DNA from: an uncultured Planctomycetota bacterium
GTDB taxonomy: Bacteria; Planctomycetota; Planctomycetia; Isosphaerales; Isosphaeraceae
Assembly: GCA_963823665.1 (NCBI GenBank)
Contig: CAWGMQ010000008.1
Span: 1 to 64,000, forward strand
Reading direction: 5' to 3'
Length of the DNA: 64,000 nt
Shown here: positions 36,801-47,125 of the stretch, in pieces
Numbering within the stretch: the stretch's first letter is position 1
How the letters are laid out: every line of letters begins with the position of its first letter
Position numbers and translations under genes: made by a program
The notes under the pieces: model-generated
What the model saw: the letters and a program-made list of their open reading frames with translations, nothing else
Told to the model about the DNA's origin: nothing
Database searches by the model: none

Positions 36801-39800
36801 CACAGAATGCTCGTCGCCATCTCGTGCTGCGACTGGACGTCGGGCTTCTCGGACGTCTCGCGAAAGATCGCCGACAGGGCGGGCGTTAAGATCGATCGAA
36901 TGTTTCGAAAGACCTCCAGCCACGACTCGCGCGAGTCGCCGTCGATCGTGACTAGAGCCTTCGCCACCCTGCCACCGATCTCGCGCCATCGGGAAGCCTC
37001 CGGCTCGAACGCAGCCAAGGCCCCGGCCGCGGAGAGGACGGCCGCATCCGAAGAATCCTTCGACTCGACGACGGACCACAATGGAGGGACCAGGCTCGCG
37101 GCCTGCGATCGCAGAACCGTTCTCAGCACGAGGAGTTCTTCCGGCGTCGAATTCTGTAATCGCGTTTTGAGGTACCCGAGCTGGCCCGGATCGACGGGAT
37201 AGAGCGCCAAGCTAGCGTGCAGCTTTGCCTTCGGCGGAAACCAACCTGCTTCGACGATCTTGCGCAGTTCCGGGTCGATCAAGTCGCCTTTCGGCCTTGA
37301 GCTCCCCGATCAACCGAGTTATTTCCCCGATGTCCGCATTGAGCAGCTCCTGAACCCGGCTTCTCGCGGACGCCGCTCTGGCGTACCACGCGGAGAGCCC
37401 AACCGCAGCTAGAACCGCGGCGACCCCGGCAAACGCAATCGCCCGCAGCCCGTTAAAAAGACCCGCCCGTCGCATCATCCTTCGCTCCGGCTCGGTCCAA
37501 TCCTTGGGGCGAGTGAGCGCGCGTATGCTTGCCCATTCGACGAGTGAGGGTAGATGCCGCAGCTCGGGCTTGGCACTCCAGATCGCCGCGCGCTCGGCGA
37601 GGATCAGCTCCGCTCGTCCCCGTCGGGTCTCCCTCTGCTTGCGCGTCAGCCACTCGCGCAGCGAATGAACAAGGTAATCGTGCGTAAGCTGGAAATATCG
37701 CTGGCCAGACAGCTTCTCTGCCGGCATCTCTGCCGCCGTTCCTTCAGGATCCGTCGGAGTGATCAACCGCAACTCGGCGTCGAGAATCCCGATCAGATCG
37801 TCGAAATCCCTCGGCCGGCTTGCATACCCGGAAACCTCCCGCAACTCCGACTCCGACCGCATCTGACCCTTGATGTCCGTCCCGCTCTGCGGCAGCAGGG
37901 CCTTGAGCACCCCCTGCGCCGCCCGCTGGTGCAGCCGATGCTCCGGCGGCGCGGTCGAGGCGCTGAACGTTTCCTCGAGAAACGTCACGCCCACCCCTTG
38001 CGTTCCGCCAATGTCCTTGAGCGTCGCCGGCGTCCAGGGCTTTCCTTTCACCATTTCCGCGAACAGCGCCAGCCGCACCGACACGACCTTGCCGTCTTGT
38101 GCCAGTCCCGCCACCGATTGCTCGATGAACGACTTCTGCTCTGCGGAAAGCTCCGATGACTTCTCGGGCAACACTCCGTACGCTCGCCCGAATGCCGTCA
38201 AAACCCGGCGCGCGTGCATGAGCTGAAACAAATCAACCGCCGCCGAGTTCTCGCCTTCGACGAGCCGGATCTCCAGGTCTCTCATGAACCGCGTCGCCGC
38301 CATCCAGAAATCGTCCCGTGCCATCACGACCGCCTGGATATGCTCGCCGTCGCACTGCCGAAGAGCCGCGACCAACTCCGTGTTCATTTCGTTGCGCCGC
38401 GCAAAGAGCCACTGCTCGAACTGGTCCAGCACCAGCAGCACTTTCTGTCCGGGCCGAATCACCCGCCCGCGACGTAAGGCCGAAAGCGCGTCGACGAGCG
38501 ACCAGTCACTTGATAGGTCGGGGCATACTTTTCTCAGGCCTTTTTGAAGCCGTGCCTCGGTATCCTCCGGTGTCGCCTCGATGTAAACCGGCAGTACGTG
38601 CTTGGAGAGTCTCGGCAACAAACCCGCCTTGAACATCGACGACTTGCCGCAACCCGAAGGCCCATACACGAGCCCCACGCGAAACGTCGTGTCGGCGTCG
38701 CCCGATTCGATCCGCGTCTTCCAGAAGCGCAGACTCTCGGGCAAACCGTCCCGGTCTCGAGCGCCCGGCAAAAGCTCGAGGTAGAAGTCCGCGTCGTGCC
38801 GGTCAAACGACCTCAGACCTTTGGGAATGATCTTGATGAGCTGCGCGTCCGATTCCGACCGCACCGGCGGCGTCGGAGCCGGGGTGGCCTCCTGGGTCGA
38901 TCCGGGCGGCGGGACCGCGACCGTGCTCGGTGCAGAAAGCGGCGGGCCGAGCGACACCTCGGTTTCCGCGAAATGACGCAGGTCCTCCGCAAAATCTCGT
39001 CCCGTGCTGTACCGCTCCGACGCTCGCTTCGCCATTGCCTTCTGGCTGATCCGCTCGAGCTCGCGCGGAATCGCATCGTCCATCTGCCGAAGCGGCCGCG
39101 GCTCGACCGTGGCGATTTGATCCATTACCTCAGCGCGGTTCTCGCCACGAAACGGTTTACGGCCCGAGAGCAGCTCATAGAGCACAACGCCCAGGCTGAA
39201 AATGTCCGAGCGGCCGTCCACACGGTGCCCCTCGCCACGCGCCTGCTCGGGGCTCATGTAATCGGGCGTGCCCGCCAGCTTGGCTCCCTTGCCGTAGTCC
39301 TCGTCTTTGAGCGCCAGCCCGAAATCGGCCACCCACGGCTGGTTCGATTGGCCGATCAAGATATTCGCCGGCTTGATATCTCTGTGCACCAGGCCGCGCG
39401 TGTGCGCATGATGAAGAGCTTCCGCGACGGTCGCGGTAAGCTCGATCGACTCACGAAATGACAGCCGCCCCTGCCTGAGCCGCGCCGCCAGGTCGCTCCC
39501 CTCCACGAACCTCGATACTACATAGCAGAGCCCTTGATCCGTCCGCCCAACGTCATACACCGGAACGATATTCGGGTGGTCGAGCTTCGCCAGGGCACGC
39601 GCCTCCGCCAGGTAAAGCTCGACATCTCCGGAACGGGCAACCCGCGACGGCGTGGGCACCTTGATCGCGACGGCGCGGTCCAGCTCGTCGTCATGCGCCA
39701 GATAAACCCGCCCGAACCCACCCTCGCCCAGCCGCCGGATGACCCGATACCGACCGATCACACGAGGATCGCCGAGCCCGCCATCGGGCGGCTCACCTTT

Positions 39801-39848
39801 TGATGATGGCAGTCCCTCAGTTTCAGACCAGTAGTTGCCCGTAGCCAT
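33806..39848 (-). CDS. Ser/Thr kinase - STAND-like P-loop NTPase - TPR - short tandem repeats - FGE-sulfatase (SUMF1) domain protein (~2010 aa, one frameshift at ~37283)
   Basis: Kinase motifs LGEGGFGRVY, HRDIKPANI, DFG, GTPDYMSPE. Walker A GPSGCGKSS and Walker B LLVLDQFEQW. FGE motifs FRMGS, FAIATKEVT, YRLPTEAEWEFACRAG, PNDLGLFDVLGNVYEW. ORFs 37212-39848 and 33806-37282 join as ...LKAERRLIDPELRK... Confidence 0.85.
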
Positions 39849-39967
39849 CGAGTTGGTCAGACGCCCTGAATTCCGATCTCATCCCACCATCGCCCGATGC
39901 CGGTGCAAACCGTGTCGCGAGCGGGACTTCGAAATTCTATCCGATCAGGCCATCGACGACCAAGGGT

Positions 39968-40948
39968 TCAAGCCCGCAGCCCCGCCAGCCACGGCTTCTC
40001 GAGCAGCTCGAACGGCTGTGCCAGCTCGGCGATCGCCTCTCCACGCTGCCGGATGTGGCGCTCGGCGATCGGGCCCAGCCGCGACGATGCGGCCGCCAGG
40101 TATCCCACCCGCCAGGGGTCGATCCGCATCAGCCGGGTACAGGTCGCGTCGACGGCCGGCAGGTTCGTTCCCATCACCAGCACGCCCAGGCGACGCGGCG
40201 TGCCCATGATCGGCCCGTCACCCTCCATTCCGACAATGCCGTCGACAATCGCCAGATGCGGCAGCACGGCCGCGTTGATGTCCAGGATCGACGACCCAAT
40301 GCCCGCGTAATGCAGCACGTTCTTGGGCCACCCGTACACGATCCCGGGCATCACTCCGAAGAGGTTCTTCATCGAGAGCGTCACCCCCGCCCAGTGGTGT
40401 GTCTTCATCTTCGGCAGCGACACGATCAGGTCCGCCCGTTTGAGCGACGCCGGCAATGCAAGCTTCGAGAGTGTCGTCTGCCGAAGCTGGTTCGGAACGA
40501 AATCCACCTCGTCGTGATTCAAATCGATGAACTCCAGGCGCGACTCGTCCAGGACCTTGCCCAGCCCCGACTGGTCGAGAACCAGCAACGCGTCCCGGCA
40601 GTGCCCCGGACCCTCAGCGACCAGGACTTCCGCCGCACCCCAGCTCCGAAAAACCTCCGCTGCGGCACGAACCACGTACGGGTGCGTGTTGATCTCAGGG
40701 GCCTCGCGGCTTGGCTCCACAAGGTTTGGCTTCAACAGCACGGTCTTCCCTCTGGCCCACGGCGGGCGCAGCCCAAGCTCACCGAGCCCAACGGCGATCG
40801 TGCGTTCGAGATCGGCCTCATAACTGGCTGCCTTGGCGATGAACACGCTCGCGCGATGGCCCCACTCGTTCCAGCCGGCGACCAGGCTGCCGCCAATCCC
40901 CGTTGCAACCGTGGCTCCCGCACCCGCAAGAAAAGTCCGTCGCTTCAT
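39968..40948 (-). CDS. DUF362 family protein with twin-arginine-like leader
   Basis: VLLKPNLV, THP.VV, IVSLPKMKTH, GVTLSMKNLFG, IVDGIVGMEGDGP and AVDA motifs. N-terminus MKRRTFLAGAG. Confidence 0.85.
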   Translation of the reverse strand: MKRRTFLAGAGATVATGIGGSLVAGWNEWGHRASVFIAKAASYEADLERTIAVGLGELGLRPPWARGKTVLLKPNLVEPSREAPEINTHPYVVRAAAEVFRSWGAAEVLVAEGPGHCRDALLVLDQSGLGKVLDESRLEFIDLNHDEVDFVPNQLRQTTLSKLALPASLKRADLIVSLPKMKTHHWAGVTLSMKNLFGVMPGIVYGWPKNVLHYAGIGSSILDINAAVLPHLAIVDGIVGMEGDGPIMGTPRRLGVLVMGTNLPAVDATCTRLMRIDPWRVGYLAAASSRLGPIAERHIRQRGEAIAELAQPFELLEKPWLAGLRA

Positions 40949-41913
40949 GAAGAGGCCCTCATTGCGTGTGACGGCGCTGACCCGCGCGCTCGCGAACCAG
41001 CGTCGCCCTCGTTCGGTTTGATCAGAAGCTCCACTCCCCGCTCACTCGCGGCCAGCAGCAAAAGGGCCAGGCTCACCACAGCGTCAGGGCGCGAGCCATG
41101 CATGCGGTACGATTCGCCGAGCCAGGTTGCGGCTTCCCGGGGGCACGCATCCCAAGCTCGCAAGCCGAGCACGCCCCAGCCCAGCGACGCGCCCGCCCGG
41201 ACGTCTCGAAGCGCCTGACGCAGGTAGTCGATCCCGCGGCGGCATTCGGGTGTTTCCTCGCCATGCGCCTTGAGCGCCAAGAGCGCCAGCCCGGAAGGCC
41301 CCGGCTGAGCACGCAAGGCGCGGCCGAGCACGGCCGGGTTCCCGTAATTCCAGCCGCCAGACTGGAGCGATCGGTTCAGAATGAGGTGGATTCCGGCCCG
41401 GACGCGCCCATGAGAGTGCAGCCCGTCCCGGCAAAGCGCCAGTGCCGCCAGCGCCGTCGGCTCAACCCAGGAATGCGTGCTCGCCACCCACGGCCATCCG
41501 CGCACCGTGGGGTCGTGGCCGATCACCTTTGCGGTGAGCTCGTCGCGGGGCAAGCTCTGGCCTTGCAAATTGAGCAGGAACCCTCGTGCCCGGATTCGAG
41601 GTTCCTCATGGCCTCCGACTGCATTCCATAAGAGGATGGCATACGGGGTTGTCCACGCGGGCGTCTCGATCTCCGCAACCACGGGCAGCGATCCATCGGA
41701 GCGCTGAATCACCGCCATCCATTCCGCCGTAACGCCCGCGCTGGCCAGATCACTCGCCGCAGTGGCGCGATCCCCGGAGGCGATAAGTCCCAGCGAGGAG
41801 AGCACCGACGGCTCGACGCCCGCCCTTCCTCCTTGCTTGTAGCCCCAGTTGCCCTGGCCGCCACGCAGCGAATGCAAATGGAAACGAGCTTCATCTGTCC
41901 AGTCGGCCATCAC
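40945..41913 (-). CDS. Prenyltransferase/squalene-oxidase repeat (alpha-alpha toroid) protein
   Basis: QW-like repeats GNWGY, QRSDGSL, GWPW and QSGGWNYGN, plus WVEPTALAAL. Overlaps the DUF362 gene by 4 bp (ATGA). Confidence 0.65.
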   Translation of the reverse strand: MMADWTDEARFHLHSLRGGQGNWGYKQGGRAGVEPSVLSSLGLIASGDRATAASDLASAGVTAEWMAVIQRSDGSLPVVAEIETPAWTTPYAILLWNAVGGHEEPRIRARGFLLNLQGQSLPRDELTAKVIGHDPTVRGWPWVASTHSWVEPTALAALALCRDGLHSHGRVRAGIHLILNRSLQSGGWNYGNPAVLGRALRAQPGPSGLALLALKAHGEETPECRRGIDYLRQALRDVRAGASLGWGVLGLRAWDACPREAATWLGESYRMHGSRPDAVVSLALLLLAASERGVELLIKPNEGDAGSRARGSAPSHAMRASS

Positions 41914-41998
41914 GCGATCCCCTTTAGTTCCATTCTCCCGAAATAAACATAGGCCACACGTGGTGGTGAAATTGCAGCGCCGGCTGTCGTCTCCTTTT

Positions 41999-42026
41999 TT
42001 GACGCCCGTACCATGTGACCTAGACT
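41999..42026 (+). promoter_or_regulatory. Candidate sigma70 promoter for the flp/tad operon
   Basis: TTGACG (41999-42004), a 16-nt spacer, then TAGACT (42021-42026), in the divergent intergenic region about 165 bp before flp1. Confidence 0.5.
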
Positions 42027-42189
42027 TCCAATGAACCTGGTGAGAAGACGCGGTGGTCGCATGTCGCTAACCCCCGCGGTCAAAAAGATCCGGGGCAAAG
42101 AAGAGGTGGTTTGGTCCGAGGGCGAGCGACGTGCACCGGTGCGTCGGCGCCCTGGTTACTCAGGTCGTTTGGGCACAAAGGAGCGGAAA

Positions 42190-42366
42190 ATGCGTGACGT
42201 GTTCTCCAGAGTACATCGTTTCATCGTGAGTGAAGATGGTCCGACTGCCGTCGAGTACGCGGTCATGCTGGGTCTGATCGTCGTCGCAATCGTCGGCGTC
42301 GTCAGCAACCTCGCCAAGAGCGTCAGCGGCACCTTCAGCACGGTCAGCAGCACACTCGGGTCGTAA
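42190..42366 (+). CDS. flp: Flp family type IV pilin (58 aa)
   Basis: MRDVFSRVHRFIVSEDG/PTAVEYAVMLGLIVV..., with an AAGGAG RBS. The ORF track over-extends it to 42031. Confidence 0.93.
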   Translation: MRDVFSRVHRFIVSEDGPTAVEYAVMLGLIVVAIVGVVSNLAKSVSGTFSTVSSTLGS

Positions 42367-42477
42367 CGATCGCAAGCATGGGCGGGCCAGGGGCCGCGCG
42401 GCCAGCCCGTCTCGCTTGCATCCCCCGTTCGGTCTTCGGTTCAAGGGCCTCCAAGCCGCTCGGACAAGGAGCTCAGC

Positions 42478-42654
42478 ATGCCAGTGTTTGTCTCGAGAAT
42501 TCGGCGCTTCCTCACCAGCGAGGACGGGCCGACCGCAGTCGAATATGCCGTGATGGTGGGCCTGATCGTGGTGGCCATCATCGGCGTCGTCACATCGCTC
42601 GCCTCGACCATGAGCGGAACGTTCAGCACCGTGAGCAGCACGATCGGTTCGTGA
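42478..42654 (+). CDS. flp: Second Flp family pilin (58 aa), absent from the ORF track
   Basis: Hand translation: MPVFVSRIRRFLTSEDG/PTAVEYAVMVGLIVVAIIGVVTSLASTMSGTFSTVSSTIGS*, with AAGGAG 6 nt upstream of the ATG. Confidence 0.93.
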   Translation: MPVFVSRIRRFLTSEDGPTAVEYAVMVGLIVVAIIGVVTSLASTMSGTFSTVSSTIGS

Positions 42655-42678
42655 TCACGGCTCAAGTGCTCAAATCGA

Positions 42679-42705
42679 GGCCGGCCGTGCCGGTTCGTGT
42701 TTTTT
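42679..42705 (+). terminator. Possible weak intrinsic terminator after the pilin genes
   Basis: GGCCGGC-CGT-GCCGGTT stem followed by CGTGTTTTTT. Confidence 0.3.
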
Positions 42706-42787
42706 CGATCCCGCTCACTTCCGACGATGCGGCGAGGCGAAGGATGATCCAGACGCCTCGCCCTTCGTCATTTTTAAGGACTTGTTC

Positions 42788-43330
42788 ATGGATCCAATTC
42801 CCAAGGAGGTCGTCTGGCTGGTGTCGGTCGTACTCGTCGAGGCAGCCTTGATCGACGGCCGCTCGCTCCGCGTTCCCAACTGGCTGACTTACCACTTCTG
42901 TCTGGGCGGCCTGATCTTCGCATTCATGAGAGGCGGAAGCCCGTTCCTTTTGAGCTCACTCGCAGGTGCCGTGGTCGGGCTGGTCTCGCTGTTGCCGCTC
43001 TACGCAATCGGCGGCATGGGGGCGGGTGACGTCAAGCTCATGGCGGGTCTGGGAGCCTGGGTCGGCCCCTGGCTCACCATTGGAGCGTTCGTGAGCACAG
43101 CGGTGGCCGGGGCGCTCATGGCGGTTGTCATGATCGCGTATTCCGGAGCAGTCTGGCGCCACATTGGCATGGCCCATACCATCGCCCACGAAGTGTTGTC
43201 CGTTCGCAATCCTGTGCTGCTCGCTAGCCGAGCGGCGGAACGCAAGCCGGCGATGCTCCTCCTCCCGTACGCCATTCCCATCGCCGTCGGCTCGATCGGC
43301 TATTTCGCCGCGAAGGGGCTATTGACTTGA
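42788..43330 (+). CDS. cpaA: Prepilin peptidase, A24 family (CpaA/TadV)
   Basis: ALIDGRSLRVPNWL, GGMGAGDVKLMA and LPYAIPIAVG motifs. Polytopic, and follows the flp genes. Confidence 0.92.
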   Translation: MDPIPKEVVWLVSVVLVEAALIDGRSLRVPNWLTYHFCLGGLIFAFMRGGSPFLLSSLAGAVVGLVSLLPLYAIGGMGAGDVKLMAGLGAWVGPWLTIGAFVSTAVAGALMAVVMIAYSGAVWRHIGMAHTIAHEVLSVRNPVLLASRAAERKPAMLLLPYAIPIAVGSIGYFAAKGLLT

Positions 43331-43342
43331 ACGGAGCACGGC

Positions 43343-44344
43343 ATGAATAGCAGGTCGATCATTACCTTGGTCATCGCCGTTGCAATCGGGCTGGGCGCCA
43401 TGAAGCTCAGTCAGCAGATGCTCTCCGCCAGGGACCCCGCCGGTGATGACGCGCAGGAAGTTCTCGTCGCCGCCCGTGACTTCAAGGAAGAGGAAATCTT
43501 GAAGCCCGATATGGTCAAGCTGAGCCGGATCGCTCGCTCGGCTATACCACCCAACGCGTTCGCGACATTCAAGGAAGTGGAGGAGCGCTGGATCCGGACC
43601 GCCATGCTCGAAGGCGACGTGCTCGTCGAGAAAAAGTTGGGGCCCAAGGGAACTCCGCCGGGTCTGGTCGCCAACATTCCCAAGGGAATGCGCGCCCTGG
43701 CCATCGACGTGACCGAGCAGTCGGGTGTTTCCGGGTTCATTCTTCCCGGCCACCATGTCGACGTCGTCCGCTACGAAAGCTCGGAAAAGGAAAAGAACAA
43801 CCACCACGGCGAGACCATTTTGCAGGACGTGCTGGTGCTCGCCGCCGGTCAGATTTTCACTCGCCCCGACGAGAGAGCCGTCCAGTCGCGCACTGTCACC
43901 CTCGCCCTTTCACCCGGCGATGTCGACGTCCTGGTCGCCGCCCGGGCGCGGGGCGCTCTCTCCCTTTCGTTGCGAGGCGTCAACGACCACGAACGCATCG
44001 CGCAGATCAAGAAGGCTGAGCCCAAGGTTGACTCCGAGGCGGAAAAACGATGGAAGCTCTCCGAAGAGGCTCGCCAGAAGCTCGAAACCGACCTGCGACT
44101 CTTGAAGGAAGAGCTCGCCAGGAAGCCCGTTCTAGCCACGGTCTCCGTGCCGCGACGCTCGCCACGGATCGCCACGGTTTATCGAGGGCTCCACAACGTC
44201 CAGCGACTGCGTCTGGATCACGCTGACGTAAGCGAGCTCTCCTCGGACGAGTTGTCGCTGAACCCCTTGTCCGGCGCCCCGGGCTTGCAGAAGGGCTTTC
44301 GTTCTGGATCGTTCGGCTCGTCAGACGACGAGACGCAGCCCTGA
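43343..44344 (+). CDS. cpaB: Flp pilus assembly protein CpaB/RcpC
   Basis: N-terminal TM, SAF-like VLVAARD, IPKGMRALAI...GVSGFILPGHHVDV, ILQDVLVLA and TVTLALSP. Confidence 0.92.
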   Translation: MNSRSIITLVIAVAIGLGAMKLSQQMLSARDPAGDDAQEVLVAARDFKEEEILKPDMVKLSRIARSAIPPNAFATFKEVEERWIRTAMLEGDVLVEKKLGPKGTPPGLVANIPKGMRALAIDVTEQSGVSGFILPGHHVDVVRYESSEKEKNNHHGETILQDVLVLAAGQIFTRPDERAVQSRTVTLALSPGDVDVLVAARARGALSLSLRGVNDHERIAQIKKAEPKVDSEAEKRWKLSEEARQKLETDLRLLKEELARKPVLATVSVPRRSPRIATVYRGLHNVQRLRLDHADVSELSSDELSLNPLSGAPGLQKGFRSGSFGSSDDETQP

Positions 44345-44360
44345 ACTCGTGGGGAGCACC

Positions 44361-45545
44361 ATGAAGGATCTCATCCGAGTCGTGCTGGTCGATCCCGCCG
44401 AAGAGTCGCGAAACGCGCTGCAGCAGCTCTTGAGAGGCATCGATTCGCTCTGGCTCGCGGAAGTCTTGACGAGCGTTCAGGACGCCGTCGCTCGCGCCGG
44501 CGAAATCGTCGCCCATGTGACCATCGTGGTGCTCGACCACGATCCCACACAAGCGATCGAGCTGATTCAGAAGCTCACCCAATCGAACACCCGCACCGTC
44601 GTTCTGCCGGCGGGCCGCTCCGGAGACAGTGCGCTCATCCTGAGGGCCATCCGCGCGGGTGCCCGCGAGTTCCTGCCGCTGCCCGCCGAGGGAGGCGAGC
44701 TGCTCGATACGATTTCCCGCCTGCTTCGCGGCCACGATGAGTCCCTTCACGCTCAAACCCAGGGTCCGCGAATCATCAGTGTCACGGGAGCCTCCGGCGG
44801 AGTTGGCTGCACCTCGCTGGCTGTCAATCTCGCCTGTTCGCTCGTCCCCCATAAAGATCACGAAACAATCCTGCTCGACCTCGATCTGATGTTCGGCGGC
44901 GTTGACGCTTATCTCGACATCACGCCCGATCACACGCTCACCCATGTCATCCAGAGCTTCAGCCGCCTCGACATGACACTGCTCAAACGATCTACGACTC
45001 GCCACTCGTCGGGCCTTTATGTGCTGCCCCATCCCACGGCGATCCAGGAAGCGGCTGCGATCGATCCCGACACCCTGCGCCGGCTCTTCGGACTGTTGCG
45101 TGCGGCCTACTCGACGGTCGTGATCGATACAAGCAAGGGGCTGCAAGCGTCCGACTTCGCGGCATTCGAGATATCCGACGTGATCATCGTCGTGGTCCAG
45201 CTCGACCTCCTCTGTCTCAGAAACACATCCCGCCTGCTTGCGCTGTTTCGCGAATACGACGGGATCATCGATCGCGTCAAGCTGGTGGTGAACCGGAGTG
45301 ATTCCTGGGAATGCCAGATCAACCCCAAGAAGGCCGAGGAAATCCTCAAGATGCCGGTTTCCTGGAATATTCCTAATTGCGCGAAGGCGTTTCAGGAGGC
45401 ACGGCTCAAGGGAGTTCCCTTGAGCGACGTCGCCAAGGGGAGCCGTCCTCACCAGGTATTCCTCGAAATGGCCCGATCACTCCATCCCCTCGCTGCACCC
45501 GAAACAAAGAAGCCAAGAAGAAAACGATTCGCCGCGTTCTTTTAA
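44361..45545 (+). CDS. cpaE: CpaE/TadZ pilus localisation protein (receiver-like domain plus MinD/ParA-like ATPase)
   Basis: LILRAIRAGAREFL, GASGGVGCTSLAVNLA, LLDLDLMFG and VVIDT motifs, with a GGGGAG RBS. Confidence 0.9.
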   Translation: MKDLIRVVLVDPAEESRNALQQLLRGIDSLWLAEVLTSVQDAVARAGEIVAHVTIVVLDHDPTQAIELIQKLTQSNTRTVVLPAGRSGDSALILRAIRAGAREFLPLPAEGGELLDTISRLLRGHDESLHAQTQGPRIISVTGASGGVGCTSLAVNLACSLVPHKDHETILLDLDLMFGGVDAYLDITPDHTLTHVIQSFSRLDMTLLKRSTTRHSSGLYVLPHPTAIQEAAAIDPDTLRRLFGLLRAAYSTVVIDTSKGLQASDFAAFEISDVIIVVVQLDLLCLRNTSRLLALFREYDGIIDRVKLVVNRSDSWECQINPKKAEEILKMPVSWNIPNCAKAFQEARLKGVPLSDVAKGSRPHQVFLEMARSLHPLAAPETKKPRRKRFAAFF

Positions 45546-45560
45546 TGGGAGCTGATTCTG

Positions 45561-47027
45561 ATGTTGAGAGGTTTCTCCCGCGCTGGGCTGGCGCCACGTT
45601 CACCGATCAACTCGGCCGCCGCGACCGCTCTGGAAGACCCCCCGTCACCCGGCTCGGGCGATGCATCGCCGCCGCCGGCCGTTCCGGCCCCCGCTGCGCC
45701 GCCCCCCCCGGCCCGCAAAGCCGAAGCCGGCAAGGAAGCTGACCCGGCCCAGGTCCAGTACGAAGCGCTCAAGCGTCATATCCACATGCGCCTGGTCGAT
45801 CGGCTCGACATGAACCGGATCGCCGAGATCGACCCCAAGGAGCTTCGCAATGAGATCAGAGGAGTCGTTGAGCTGCTCTGCGACACGGAAAACCCGCTGT
45901 TAAACCGCAACGAGCGCCAGCGCCTGGTCAATGAGATTCTCGACGAGACCTTCGGCTACGGCCCGCTCGAGCTGCTCCTCAAGGACGACAAGATCGGCGA
46001 CATCATGATCAATGGCCCCAAGCATGTGTTCGTCGAGAAGGAGGGGCGGATCCTCAAGTCGGAAGTCGGCTTTCGCGATAACGACCACCTGCTCCAGATC
46101 ATCGATCGGATCGTCTCCCGTGTCGGCCGAAGGGTCGATGAGACCTCGCCGATGGTCGATGCCCGTTTGCCCAACGGTTCGCGGTTCAACGCGATCATCC
46201 CGCCGCTGGCGCTCGACGGCCCGGTGGTCACCATCCGGATGTTCGGCTCCCGCCCGCTCTCCAAGGACGACTTGCTCAGGTACAAGGCCTTCACCCCAGA
46301 GATGCTCGCACTCCTCGAAGGGGCCATGAAGGCTCGGCTCAATGTCATCATTTCGGGAGGCACCGGATCGGGTAAGACCACGCTCTTGAACACGCTGTCG
46401 AGCTTCATCCAGCCCGACCATCGCGTCATCACGATCGAAGACGCCGCCGAGCTCCAGTTGCAGCAGGAGCACGTGGTGCGCCTCGAAACGCGCCCGTGCA
46501 ACATCGAGGGCAGGGGGGCCGTCACCGCCACCGACCTGGTCAAGAACGCGCTGCGGATGCGGCCCGACCGGATCATCATCGGCGAGTGCCGCGGGGCCGA
46601 AACCCTGGACATGATCCAGGCCATGAACACCGGCCATGAAGGCTCGATGACAACCGTGCACGCCAACACGCCGCGCGACGCCCTCTCACGGCTCGAGACC
46701 ATGATCAGCATGGCCGGCCTCGAGCTGCCCATCCGAGCGCTGCGTTCCCAGTTTGCCTCTGCTGTGGACCTGATCGTACAGGCCAGCAGATTGCAAGGGG
46801 GGCCGCGCAAAGTGACCAGTATCTCCGAAGTCACCGGCATGGAGGGCGACACGATCATCATGCAGGAGATCTTTGCATTCCGGCAGATCGGGGTCGACGC
46901 GAACGGCCGCGCGCACGGAGAGTTCATCGCCACCGGCATCAGGCCGAGCTTCATGGATCGCCTCGAACAGACGGGATGCAAGCTCCCTTACGATTTGTTC
47001 ACCCACCGGATTCTTCTCAAAGATTGA
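45561..47027 (+). CDS. cpaF: Flp pilus assembly ATPase CpaF/TadA
   Basis: GYGPLELLL, PMVDARLP, SGGTGSGKTT, TIEDAAEL, ALRMRPDRIIIGECRG and AMNTGH...TVHAN. Confidence 0.96.
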   Translation: MLRGFSRAGLAPRSPINSAAATALEDPPSPGSGDASPPPAVPAPAAPPPPARKAEAGKEADPAQVQYEALKRHIHMRLVDRLDMNRIAEIDPKELRNEIRGVVELLCDTENPLLNRNERQRLVNEILDETFGYGPLELLLKDDKIGDIMINGPKHVFVEKEGRILKSEVGFRDNDHLLQIIDRIVSRVGRRVDETSPMVDARLPNGSRFNAIIPPLALDGPVVTIRMFGSRPLSKDDLLRYKAFTPEMLALLEGAMKARLNVIISGGTGSGKTTLLNTLSSFIQPDHRVITIEDAAELQLQQEHVVRLETRPCNIEGRGAVTATDLVKNALRMRPDRIIIGECRGAETLDMIQAMNTGHEGSMTTVHANTPRDALSRLETMISMAGLELPIRALRSQFASAVDLIVQASRLQGGPRKVTSISEVTGMEGDTIIMQEIFAFRQIGVDANGRAHGEFIATGIRPSFMDRLEQTGCKLPYDLFTHRILLKD

Positions 47028-47125
47028 TCGACCAAACTGCCGGAGAGCCAAGCTTGGCGACCTATATTTCTTGTGCCGTCTGAATTGCTCGCCGGGAATG
47101 ACCGCGTCGGCTTGGAGCCAGCCTG

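Noticed and set aside
44785..44815. CpaE Walker A lacking the lysine (GASGGVGCT)
   Set aside because: A degenerate Walker A is normal for the TadZ/CpaE family.
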